From contig OZ037769.1 of NCBI GenBank assembly GCA_964035545.1, positions 13,608,633 through 13,672,632 of the forward strand: 64,000 nt of DNA. Reading direction: 5' to 3'. Source of the stretch: Bugula neritina. Lineage: Eukaryota; Animalia; Bryozoa. Position numbers and translations under genes: made by a program. The notes beneath the pieces were generated by a model. That model was not told the DNA's origin, made no database searches, and saw nothing but the letters and a program-made list of their open reading frames with translations. This document shows positions 1 to 29,536 of the stretch, piece after piece (the first letter of the stretch is position 1; each line of letters opens with the position of its first letter).

Positions 1-369
1 TTGGTAAGTAGCAAATTATTACACTATTGGGCTTATTACAAAATTTAGAGTCATTGTGAATATGAAATTAATGGGAAGATATAGCTGCAAGCACGAGCAC
101 TGGTAGTAGTTGTAGTAGTATTTATACTCATTATAACTAGAAGTATAACTATTATTATGGGAGTTTTGATATGTTATAATAATTGATATAACTGATAATC
201 AATAATAACTAATGATTTTATCAGTACGAGTTAGAGTATTGCTGGTACTTGTTGTAATTTCGAGTTTATTCACTTTCATTTTGTCAACAATATGAATATT
301 ATTCTAAATATTATAATTACATACAAATTCAATAAAATTATATATCATCATAGAATAAATGTTTTATAG

Positions 370-690
370 GTAATTCTTTTGAATTTAGTATATTTTGCAG
401 TTTTTATTTAATATATAGTATATTTTGCAAGTTTTATTTAATTGAGTCGTACTTTAAATAGCAATATGAATTTGATTAGAAATAATCAATGTAAATTGTT
501 AGCCACCTTCTTTTAGTTTTTAATCCTACAACAATAATAATATTAATATAAAAGTTTCAAGTAATTCGCTTGAATTTAGTATATTTTTTTCAGTTTTTGT
601 TTAATTGAGCTGTACTTCAAATATCAATACGAATGTGATTAGAATTAGTCAATGATAATTGTTAGCCACATTATTTTAGTTTTTAACCCC
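370..690. repeat. Diverged tandem duplication (copies offset ~190 bp)
   Basis: gtaattc..gaatttagtatatttt..tttaattgag..tgattaga..aattgttagccac..ttttagttttta occurs twice (from ~370 and ~562). Confidence 0.6.
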
Positions 691-1356
691 GAAAACGTGC
701 AATGACACTTACTTTCAGCTTTGTATTTGTATTGGTATAATTATTTAATATACTTGAAGACTGTCAATATTAAGCGCAAACTAATAACTATAAATTATAT
801 TAACTATCTTATTGAATAATTATGATTTTAGATTTGACTTTGTTATTAATGATTATTTTACTATATCACTCACTTGATATTTTTCTAATGAAGCTTGAAA
901 CAACACGGTTTTGTATTTTCATGTGTTCGAAATTTGATCTGTCATGAGTATTGTGCTGAAACTAATACTTTATTTTATTTTTTTTCTAACTCAGTTTGGT
1001 TATACTTCAAATGTGATTGTGAAAAAATAAAGGCTTGCTCATAGTTATTTGTCAAAATAAAATTGTAATATGATGTATTAGGATGCAAATATAAAAAAAT
1101 ATCTTTTCAATTAGAATTTGAATGTAATCTCAATTACTGACAACTATCAGCAACCAACTATAAAACTTAGAATATTTTATTATAGTATTATAAAATCTTG
1201 GTAGATTTTAATTGAAATTTAAATTTAAAATATCCATGAGTAATATGTTAAACTACTAACTAAGGTAGTGCGCCATCACTTTGCTAGAATTTCTTTGTAG
1301 TATAACATAGTTCATCAGTGACTGTATACTTTATACTATAATTTCAGCCTTTAAAA

Positions 1357-2383
1357 TGGGTCCTAAAACTAGATCTGCTGCTATTTCAAAAGCGCAATAC
1401 CTGAGAGAATATCGAGGTAAGTACTGTTTTTAGGCTTGTTTATATTGCTTTTGTGCATAAAAATAAATTACTTTTTGTATGATTGTAGATTATTTTGGCT
1501 AATCCTGAGATTTTCAGTGCAGACAGTGAATGCAGTGACAGTGAGTTGGATGATGTGTTGGCAGAGTTTGATGATCCATGGGATGTTCTGTAGTGCAAGA
1601 AACACTGATTTAGTTTGTTCATTTATTGTTTATTTTATGTTGAAATAAAGTTTATTTTTAGTGGTTACAATAGGGCTCCTGGTGAGCCTTCCACTTGAAA
1701 AAAAGGTAACGCGCCTTTGTGCCTACCCCTAGGGTGGTGCGGAAATGGTACTTTTGCGAAAATTCCAGTTGTGCTTATACCAACAACAAAATATGACAAG
1801 ATGCTCGCATGGTTTTAATCAAAGCATGAAATTAAACATTTTAAAATCACAGTCTTATATGAGGTCATTCAAGTTTCATGAAACTCTTCTTTATCTTGCG
1901 ACAGCGACGTTGCGTCATGCATATGAAAGACCCCCATGGTAAATAACCCTACATATTAGGGTACAGCAAATCCAAACACCTTAACAGGATGTAATTCTGT
2001 GCATTTCCATACTTAAATACAAGAATATATGACATAAAAAAACCTAAATATTTAATTAATTACGTTACGTCATGTATATGACTGACCCCCATTCAATTGA
2101 AATTTAGTAGTATATTTGAATTCAGCATAAAAAATAACCCCTATCAAGCTGAAAAGTAAACTTCCCGACAAAAGGTATAAAATATAAGGCATCAACAACA
2201 ATATTGTGTCTTTTCATTACGTTGCGTCATAGTCATGCTTGACCCCCTCTAATCAAAATTTAACTTGCATATTCAGATTCAGCACGTAAAAATACCCCAT
2301 GTAGGCTGTTTAAAAAAATATAGACTCAAATATAATTTTCACTATTTTTTTGTGTGTTTGTACTAAATAAAGTGGACTGAGCC
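1357..2383 (+). mobile_element. Probable internally deleted DNA-transposon remnant with subterminal repeats
   Basis: Exon-like MGPKTRSAAISKAQYLREYR|gtaagt (1357-1417) is followed by an out-of-phase acidic exon-like piece IILANPEIFSADSECSDSELDDVLAEFDDPWDVL* (1489-1593). Three copies of acgttRcgtcat..gacccc (~1907, ~2062, ~2219) and two of attcagca..aaaaata.cccc follow. Family not identified. Confidence 0.35.
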
Positions 2384-3005
2384 ATATATAGTAGCACTTT
2401 GTATTTGTAGGTATTCCTTATAGCAATTGGCCAGACATATAGCATTATATATAATTATAACACCGCAGTTCCTTAATGTAAATGTAAAAAATAGCTAAAA
2501 AGTGCTAAAATCGCTAAATAAATGATAATTTAGCAATTGTATATGATTAATAATCATTTTATTCATACTAGAAAAGATAGAATGCTCACACTAGTAAACT
2601 AGTTGCAAAGTAAAAGAACATATCAATAAGAAAATAAATTTTGTTTTTAACAAACACTATACTATAAAGTATAAACACAACTAAATTTGAAGAGTTTCAA
2701 TGTATACGAGTTTGAAAAAGGCAGATCTAATATAGAGTTGCAAAGATTGTACACACTAGTCATACTGATTCCTGCAATTATTTTACAGTATCAAGTTATA
2801 AAAAACTACATTTGTTTAATATTCTTGTGAGCTGCATACACTTAAAAAACATTGGAACATTAAACTAGAAAATATGCAATAGTATAATATAGTAAAAAAT
2901 TGATGAACATTTTTTAGGCAATTCTTTATCAAAAGCAAAAAAAAATTGTTGAATAACAAATTATAGAAGGTTCTCAAAAGAGTTAAATCTTTTAAAATTT
3001 ATCAT

Positions 3006-6000
3006 TTACAACATGCAATTGTTGGGATAATCACCATAACGTTTCTTATAACAAAAGTTTTTGCAGGATGGGTTCTGCTGTTCATGCATCTTTGTTAGTT
3101 TAGTCCTACAATGTAATTTAAAAACAAAATAATTTTACAAAGAAAGCTGATCATTTGATGTCAGCGAACATTTTGAATCTGAGCCTAGCTGCAGGTGGAA
3201 GAATTCATTCATAATAAATGCTGCATTAATAAAGCATGCCACTAATTTTTTACCACTAGCAAACAGTTGGCTATCTTTCCTATAACCAGGTAATGTTTGT
3301 GGTTAGCATCAAAATTGTTAAGGGGATTTTGAGAACTTTTTAAAGCCTGAAGTATGAAAATGACATGTTAGGGCAGAAATTCAGGGTTATTCTATTCGTT
3401 ATAGTTTGGATGTGGCAATTAGTTTTAAATAACATTCAATTGATCACAATTTTCAACTCTGTGTGGTTTTCCTTAATTGTCTTCTTCCTAGTCTCCTAAC
3501 CTAATAAAGGTGATTGGATGGACTGAATGCAGCAGAACCTACTGAAATTATAATCAGTTATAAAGTTTTACTAATTGGTGGTAAAAATTATTTTATGTTT
3601 AGTATTATAAACCAACAATTAGTGAATTATAACATGTGCCTTACGTTATATTGTTATATTTTATATTGTGTAACTCCAACATACTTGGACACTATAATAT
3701 TAATATATATACTTACATTAAAACTTCAATGAAATGCTTTGACTCAAGAGATGAGTTTTTTGGATTAGACCACTCTTTTCTTAAATCTACAGAGCAAACT
3801 CGAGTTGCACAGTCGCTTATAGCAGCATACAACAGGTCTGGTACGTTATACATAGCTCCCAGTGTGACATACTCTAATCTTGGTCTATAGAATTTCATCA
3901 GGACAGAAACACAATGCTCTTTCAAACGCTTCAACATGTATTCATCTGCAAGCTTTAGAACTTCCACTGCATCTTCATCTACTCAGTTTTAGAACAAATT
4001 GAAATAGGATAATAAGTGTGGGTGTGTGTGCATATACACAGATACCTCTGTGGTATACAAAATTTCAGGAGCAAAGATTTTAAAGATATTGCTGAGCACA
4101 TTGATGACTGTAACCAATGAAGTCAAAATGCCAACTCAAATTAATCTTGCAACGAAGGCAAGATTTTAACCTAATTTTTTTTCTCCAGACCAAAAAAGCT
4201 TTGATATTCTAGTTCATAATAGTAAAAAAGTAAAGCTAGGAAAAACTTCAATCAATGAAAAGGTTTTAGAGAAAATAGAGGCTCGTTGAACCGCACATGA
4301 TCTAAATTCTTTTCTTTGAATTTTTGCACCTTCTTACTTCTTTTACAATATAAGAGCTTAAATGAATTACGACATTTTGTAAAGTCTATGAAATCGAAGC
4401 AGAAGTCTTTAGGTAAAAAATAGTATTTTGTGAATAAAAAGAGAACGAACTAAACATTTATTTTTTCATAAAAATGTGCACAGTTTGATTTCAAGTTTAA
4501 ATAGCGTGTCAAGTAAATTTAGGCATGTATTTTGAACATGATTTCAAAGCTGGGTAATAACTTAAAGTTGCAGAAATATTTCATTCACAGCAGATTATAG
4601 CAATAATTTATAGCATGACAGTGTGGGGCTAGTTGAACCACATTGAAAATAAGGCAAATTGAAATAGTTACAATAATCTGCCCCTATAATATTTATTTTC
4701 AACATATATTTGTTATAATTGGGTACACCATCTGTTTTTAATTGAAATTTTTCTCAGTCATTATATAAATACAAACATAGAACAAATAAAATGTAGGTCA
4801 ACAATGGGCAATAAACTTCTTCAAAAACTAAATTTTGGTTCAAATAGCCTCACCATATTTTACTTTCATAATTAGAAATTGAAAAATTCGGCGAATATTA
4901 ATAACAACATTTGGGCTATTTTACCTATGGCTCCAGGTTAGCCCTATATCTCGTGCCCTGAGTGTGTCAAAAAGACGCAGGCTAAGGAAATTAGTAGTAA
5001 ACCCAGTGTCTACCAGGAATTTTGCAGCTTTGCCGGCAAGCTTGCCTGGCAGGAAATAACTGCTTCCATATAGCTGGATGCTCCCTGAGCAACTCGTCTT
5101 TAGAGGCGACACCTCATGAGCATGCAGTTTGGGATGCACCTGCTCTTTCTGATTGCGAGAGGGTTCTGAGCTCTCATGGGCAGCCAAAGAAAGTTTTGGT
5201 CTTGCTCCCACTCCTCGAACACTCCTTCTTCCTGCAATCTCTTAAAGCAATTTCGGAGTGGCCAAGCCGAAGGTTTCAGCAAACCTTGCGGTCTGCTAAC
5301 TCTCCTTAGGACTTGCCACTCCAACAAAAGCAGCCTCCTCATTCTGTTGAGCTTGAGCCTTGGCTTTTGTGTTCCGGAGGTTTAAGCCAAAGCCCACGGT
5401 TGGCGGATTTTACTGTGGGCAACCAATGTTTAGTTGTTTCCTCCCTAAGTGGAGACAGCTCCTAAGGAGAGTTCCTCCACTACCACACCCCCAACAAGGA
5501 GGGAGGCATCTGCCGGCAGCCGAACAAGCAACTTGACTGCCGGTTGTTTCCTGCAGACGCCTAATTTTGGTCAGCAGCTCCCTGACAAAACTTGTAGTCA
5601 AGTTTGTTTTATTAACTGTTGATGCCGCCGTGGCCATGTGAACTGCTGCTGCAGCAGCCTTTCATGGTGGCGGTCTGTCATCGGCCTCGGCTTGCTGCGC
5701 ATTCACCCCAGGCCGACATGCACCATCGATGTGAAAATAGCTATTTCTAAGTCAAAGAGTCCTCTTCATCACTTCAACTTTGGCTACCAGCAAATGCTTT
5801 TCAAGTCGATATTGTTGACCGACTGGAGAAACGCCTCTAATGCCAAACCAGTTGCGTGTTCTCTCAAGGACATCTTAAGAGCTTAAGTCCTTGTAGCTGC
5901 ACACGCGTATCTCAATGCCTCGAAGGTACTGCCGACATTCAGGTTTGGCCGTTCTTGTCAAACATAATTTAGCTGTATCAGAGTGACACTGGCCAGTCAT

Positions 6001-8994
6001 CTACAGATGACTACCACATCATTGAACTCAGCGATAAATTGCTCCACATCTTCTTCTCCGAAGAGGATGGGAGCCTACAAGTTTATGTTTCTGAAAGACG
6101 GGAGTAAAACTCTACAGGAAAGTAAATAAATTTACCTGATATATGAACCGTCGTCTCAGGGTAGAGATAATCCAACATTGAGATTACGTATTTTATCTTC
6201 TATCCAGGCAGTTCAAATTTTGATTATCTTTAAATGTTGGCAACTTAATACTACATTATATATAGGAGTTGAAGTATACTTGACTTAATTTTGAAAAGTA
6301 AATAAATTTACCTGAAATATGAACCATTGTCTCAGGGTAGAGATAATCCAACATCTTGATTACGTATACCAGCTTCTTTCCAGGCAGTTCAAATTCTCCA
6401 GAACTATCTGGTTCATGTTTCTTACTGAACATGGCTTTGAATACAGGAGATGCTACTGACAGCAGCTATATATGTTAGAAAACAAATGCAATAGATTATC
6501 TAACAAGTTCATCACATCTTTGATTTATAAATGTATTTTTTGTGATAACAGCTTCTGGCATTTTTCTAAAACAAATTTCATATTTTTACTGATGTGATAA
6601 ACAAAAGTAAAAATATATTCCAACAGTCTAAAAATGAACATAATTTTTACTAAAAAAATAATTACAATTATAAAATTTAAAGCTGGAAGTATTTAAAAGC
6701 AATATATCAAATGATTCGGCTAACAACTCAACACGTTGTTGCTACTAACTGAAATAATTTGTATCTATTAAAACTTGTGTTTTGGCATGTATAAAAACAT
6801 GCTTCATTAATTGAGCAGTGTGTATTTGAAAGAGAATAAGATAACAAAGCTCTATGAGATAATTTTACAATAATGTGAGGCTTAGTTGTGATGCTTTGTG
6901 ATTTTTTGTCACCTGTATATGCACAGTTGGATAGCCTAGGCTAGGTCAAAGGAACTCTACCACCAGCTGGTGGAGTTCCTCTGGCTATGTTATTTTAAAG
7001 CTGTTATAAAATATTATACAGAATGATAGTCTAAAAGTAACCTCCAATTACCTTTCACTCATTACACTCTGAGGGCTGGTCGCAAATTTTTTTAGAAATG
7101 GAAAGTTTCAAGGGTCCTAATTAATCTGTAAAAACTCTAGACTGTTCTGTGCACTCAGTTAGCCACAAAATTGCTTAAAACTTTCAAAATGAATCAGGAG
7201 TTGTCTTCTCTTAAGCAGAGGTGTGTTCTTGGCTCACACTATTTTTATTATACCTGACCTTTATGCTTGAAGTTGCAGTTAAGGATATAAATGAAGGGAT
7301 TTATATTAAAACTCAACATGGAGCTGATCTCTTTGATGTAGCTCAGTTCAAGTCTAAGACCCGTAATACCAAACACCTATAGTCAAAGAGATGTTGTTTG
7401 CGGATGACAGTGCTTTGGTGGCACATTGCGCTGCCGATATTCAAGTGCTAATGAACTTAACTTTGCAAAAGCAGCAGCTCAGTTTAGCTTAAAATTAACA
7501 TCAATCAGACCGAATGCATGTACCAGCTAATCAAACTCATTCACCCTCCACCTGAACCTGAGGTTATCATGATATAGATGAAGCGCCAGTTGTACTTGCC
7601 TTAGACTTTACTCTAGGAAGCACTGTTTCCTGTGTTACAAAAATAGATAAAGAGCTATGAAGCAGACTAGGCAAAGCAAGTGCAGCTTATGAAAAGTTGC
7701 AGCAGGGACTCTGGAAAAACAGACATGTATGGATCAGGGTAAAGTGTAAAGTCTACAAAGCGGTGGTGCTCTCAAGCCTGCTGTATGGAGCAGAAACATG
7801 GACTATATACAGGACACAAGTGAAAAAGCTAAGTGCATTCATGATGAGGCAATTGAAATACATAATGGTAGTAAAATGGTATGAAAAAATTACAAATGAA
7901 AAAATATTAAAACGTGCCAATTTGTCAAGTATGGCTGACATCCTTATTGAAAAAAACCTGAGATGGCTAGGCAATGTGCACAAAATAGAACATAGCTGGT
8001 TCCCAAGACAATTGCTCTACTCTCAGCTGAAAAATGGCAAAAGATAGAGAGCGACCTAGACTCAGGCTTAAAGATGTTGCCAAGAGGAATAAGAAATGAA
8101 GATCTATCAACTTGAGTTCCGGCAACAGGCGGCTGACAACAGAGTTGCGTTGCTTCAACCAATTTTAAGCCGAATCCATAAAACAGTCTTTATAGTCGTA
8201 TCAAGTGACCACCTATAGTAAACTGCAATAAGCCATTTTTGAGCACTTTGTGGGAGGTTACTTCTAGACTAAGAGGCATTAAAACCAAATGTTTTGTCAA
8301 TAGTTGTTACACTGTCTATATAAGCAATAAAAGGTCTTTCACTTTAAGTAAATTATAAAGCACCAATACAGCAAATTTTACAAGTATAAATTAGAGCTAT
8401 ATATATGCCACTAAAAAGGCAAAATATAATTACACTATAAATTTTACGTTTATATTTTTTTGTTAAATTTATTTATCAGAAAATTTAATGAACAGTTGGT
8501 TTTTACTTAATGTACTATTTATAGTTTTGTTTATTTTTGTAGCCGTCAATATCAGAATAAATCTACATTTGACATCAGCTAACAATCTAAATCTCAATGA
8601 TGGTAACGTTACAATGGTAACATTATTTGTAGTACATTTTTCTTTTTTATGATACTAATTAATATGCTTAATTAGAAACTTTTATTAGTTTGTTTTTATT
8701 GCTTTAAAAATTAATTGATAATATATAATTACAAAATTGTATTTACTGTGCATAATATAATTAAAATTTTAGTGGGAATTATTCATATAAGATCAGCAAA
8801 TTTAGAATGACTATAGGAGACTTCATCCGATATCAATCTCTAATTTTGGTTGACAAACTTACTTCCTTAATCACGTGTAACTTTTCTCCTTCTACAACAA
8901 GCACTGCACTTGTCACACCTTCAACATGCTCTTGGTAGTTGTCAGTTCTGGTAGAATTTTGCGTTGCAGGCTCAAGCTGAGATTGTGAAAACAT
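3006..8994 (-). CDS. BTB/POZ domain-containing protein (~215 aa, 4 coding exons)
   Basis: Exons 8994-8863, 6465-6312, 3978-3717, 3105-3006, all GT-AG and in phase. Protein has BTB hallmarks: LVVEGEKLHVIKELLSVASPVFKAMF..FELPGKK..MLDYLYP..VEVLKLADEYMLKRLKEHC. The last exon is the least certain. Confidence 0.8.
4921..6112 (-). mobile_element. Degenerate Ty3/Gypsy LTR-retrotransposon gag-protease fragment (in BTB intron 2)
   Basis: Retropepsin motif FLVDTGFTTNFLS (ORF 4921-5211), eroded zinc knuckle CWGCGSGGTLLRSC (ORF 5410-5637), gag-like EDVEQFIAEF near 6040; many stops and frameshifts; GC-richer than flanks. Confidence 0.75.
6118..6219 (-). pseudogene. Degenerate duplicate of the 3' half of BTB exon 2 including its donor site
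   Basis: About 11 mismatches in ~101 nt versus 6295-6395; reads FELPG*KIKYVISMLDYLYPETTVHIS|gtaaat with an in-frame TAG. Confidence 0.8.
7209..8210 (+). mobile_element. 5'-truncated RTE-clade LINE reverse-transcriptase fragment (in BTB intron 1)
   Basis: KQRCVL (approx. KQGCVL), LFADDSALVAH (~7393), GKASAA, KVYKAVVLSSLLYGAETWT, LRWLGNV..PRQLLYSQL; stops and frameshifts present. Confidence 0.85.
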
Positions 8995-10661
8995 ATCCAA
9001 CTGTTGAGAAAAAAGAGAAATTTTCATAAAGGGTTGGACTACACAGCTTGCAGTATGAATTAGAAATAATACAAAGCTATTTTTACCAGTGTATATGTAC
9101 AATAAGCAACTGATAATTATTATTTTATTGATTGCATACTTTTTTGCTTTTTGCATGTATTGTCTTTGCCCAAACACTAGCTAATGTATAATTGATAATC
9201 GATCTTTTCAGCTTGGTTAGAAAAATTATGTTTGCAAAACACGAGAAACTATTCATTATGCAATGAATAATAATTCTAACAAATCATCGTTCTGCCCAAC
9301 AACAAAGACCTCAGGAGATAAAAAAGAACAATTGGAGTGGTGGATGCATGCATTTTATAATAGCCTATTTATGAAGTTTCAAATATAAAACTAAAAAACT
9401 ATTTGGTAGTCAAGAGTAACTTGTACTTGCACTTATTAAAAGCTTTGTTTGATTTCAAAATAAGTAAAAACTATACAAGTTATTACAGAAAAAACATTAT
9501 AATGACCATTATCTTTTAAAAGTTCCTCAATTGTAATAGTATCTAAAATGGCACAAATTATAACAGGTTATATGTGAAAAAATATAAAATATCAAAACAA
9601 CACAATGCCTAAAGCTATTACCTGTAAAAAATAACTTAGCAACAATTACCATTGCAGACCAATTAATAACACTTATACATATTATATGCTGTGTTTTTAG
9701 TATATGTTTCATTTGTGTTGCACTGATTAATCAATGACATGCTTGCTAATATAATGCTACTAAACTAAACTTGCTTGTATATAGCGCCATATTTATCTCT
9801 TCTCCATTATGTTATTCTGCTCAACCAAATTTTGGTTATGAATCTGTTGTTATAATCCATGTTTATATGTTTTTCTTTTTATCTTTAGTTGTGATGTGTT
9901 GCCTTAATTACTTAAATTTTATATTGATAAATTAGTAATATGCAATATTATGTTAGCACACAGCCACTGTATATTTGAAAAGCCATACATATAATTTTTT
10001 TTCGGAAAACAGTAAAATATTTTCAAAACTGTGTGTTCTTTATATCACTAGTTTAAATGTATTTATCTACTTTGAACAATATAAATAAAAAATTAATTTT
10101 TTGGTCTATTTTACTCATGCTTTTGTATATTTGCATCAAATTTATTTGATTTATCGCTTAAAATTTGTTGGCTAATAGTATGCTTTATTGTTTCTCTTAT
10201 AACCGCATGATAGTTTCTTTCATAAAAAAAGTTACATATTATACAGTTCTCTATATCTCCATGACAATAAATAATAAAATATGCTACACAATTTTCAACA
10301 CCATGCAGTCAAATTATTTGCACTGAAGAAAAAATTATAAACAGGTAAATCCTATATTAAAATACTAATTTATAGATTAAAAACCAAATTGATTACACAA
10401 TTGGCAAAAATAAATTATATATGTATTTCATTATTATATAACTTTGTTATAAAACGAGTCGACATGCTTTTAGCAAAAACAGAATGTAATACAAATTGTG
10501 GTGAAAGTGCAAAGCATTCAATTTGTAAAAAAATGTTTTCTTTTTAAACATTGAGATGCATCCAATTTTAGTATGTTAGTATAATTGCAAAGTTTTAATT
10601 TTATTTGCACAACACATCTGCTATTCTTTTGAGAAGTTATCTGTTCCTGTTGATGTAGAAT

Positions 10662-27475
<16,814 letters not shown>

Positions 27476-28040
27476 TGGAAAACTGCTAAAATATAATAGG
27501 AATAAAAAAACTATATAAAGCTAGGAATATATACAGAAGTGCGGTTTCCAAACAACTACTATGGGTAAAATTATACACAAGGATTTGTGCCCATTGCTGT
27601 ATTACATAACCTGAAAAAGGTAATTATGATTATTATTTATATTAGTGCTCATGTTACTCAAATTTTCAGATTGATAAATGCAGGTTTACACTAGTAGATT
27701 ATACTCTTATATCATGGGTGTGGTGTGCACTTGTCTGTCAATATGATACACATATAAAACTCATGTAAGATAAGTCACAAATATAATATTAAATAACATA
27801 TATTATAATAATATATGTCAGCATGTATTATGTAGCAAAATGTATATATGGTATCATGCATATATTTGGTAAAATAATGCAAATATAATATATCAATGTA
27901 TAATATTTTGCAATTTATATAGCTTACTATATATAAATATATAATAAATAATGACACCATATACACCAATTATAGCTTTAAACCTGGCTACTCTCTTTTT
28001 ACTAAATACAGCTATATATAAAATAGCTATAATAACTTAC

Positions 28041-28110
28041 CGTAAATTCACAAAACAAACTGTTGTAGACACTCAACTTGCTGCTCCAACGAGATTTGAT
28101 GCTGTAATGA
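28041..28110 (-). other. Probable 5' UTR exon of the CLCA gene
   Basis: Strong donor (G|gtaagt at 28040) upstream of an acceptor at 27486 that lies 10 nt before the ATG; the upstream end of the exon is approximate. Confidence 0.45.
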
Positions 28111-28530
28111 AAGTGTCAAAGGCAGCGTTAATTGTTTAAGAAGGAGCAGGTTTGTTTGCTAATTTAATCTATAACTAGTTGAAACTAATTCAAATGAATT
28201 AGAATTGTTTGTATTTGTGTATTGATGGGTGTACTAATAAAACATTTACCTTGCGTGATGAATTCTTATTAAAGTTTGCACTGCTTCAAGAGACAAATAT
28301 AATACTATGAATACGCAATAACAATTATGTATATTACTTTTAGTGCAATTTTGACCTTTTGCAATGGTGTATAAATACTGCAAAAATGGCACGCATGTTA
28401 AGCACTTGAAAATCATGTAACCTAAAGTAATAATATCTGCTAATGTAAGGAGCAGCCAGTGGTCTGCAGTGGTTAACAACCATGTGTCAAAAATCATGTT
28501 TTTTTTGTTAAATCTAGCATGCATGAGTTA

Positions 28531-28742
28531 GGGAGCAGTCGTGGTCTAGGGGTTAGAGCGTTTGCCTAATAAATACGAAGGTCATGGGTTCCAGCCCTGA
28601 CAAAGGCCATTGGTGATGTTAGGAAGAGCATCTAGTCATAATTGCTCCTGTGCCTCATTTAAATAAGTCCTTAGCCCGCTTTAACAAAAACCCTTTCTAT
28701 TAGGGGTTTCTCACAGAGATAGTGACTATAAACTTGCGTGAG
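28531..28742 (+). mobile_element. tRNA-Thr(AGT)-derived SINE, copy 2
   Basis: Full length, with a perfect 16-bp TSD tagcatgcatgagtta (28515-30 and 28743-58). Confidence 0.92.
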
Positions 28743-29536
28743 TAGCATGCATGAGTTATATATACGTAATCTATATATGCAAAATCAACTTTAAGAAAAA
28801 AATTCATTGGGTTAAGATGATAGTTATTGTATTACAACAGCTATTTAGAAATAAATAACCACTTTCTAATCGCATTATAATGTATATTATAACATAGGAA
28901 CAGTCTATTGGCTTATTCATATGTTAGTATGTAATTTTACTATGTATTCTAGGGCTGCAATAGATTAAAAGCAGGAGCATGAGTTGATCCCTGCAGGTCA
29001 TATTCATCGGTTATAATGTGTGCTTGTTAGCGTACAGGTAGATCAAACAGGTATTCTTGTTCAAATTTATTTTTAATATCTTTTCTCAACTTATTACGAC
29101 ACGACACGTTGTTTCACAAAACATACTATAATGTCAGCTTTTATTTCTTAAAAATAATTTCTTTTACATATTAAGTTGCATTCAATCTGCATAGAATAAA
29201 GTAAAATGTTGAATTGATTTATTCTCATTGGACAAAAACTTACAAATATCGCGATTGCTGAGTTTACTATATAAATCTAGATAAAAGCTATTAACATTGA
29301 AACTTAGCCAAATAATATAGAAAATAAAACTTTCTGAAGGGTAAACTCAATAATTTTTTCTTATACAAGAAAACAAGTGAAAAGTAATAATATTTATGCG
29401 CATAAAAATTAGAGAAAATCACAAAAAATCATATACACGTATAACAGAAAAATAGAGAGATAAATTAAAGGCTTGTTGTAAAATAAGTAAACAACTTATG
29501 GTGAAAATAGTCCAACTCTTTTTAGGCCCAAATCCT

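Noticed and set aside
3440-3545. Alternative last exon for the BTB gene
   Set aside because: In the required phase it stops within ~15 codons; 3105-3006 fits better
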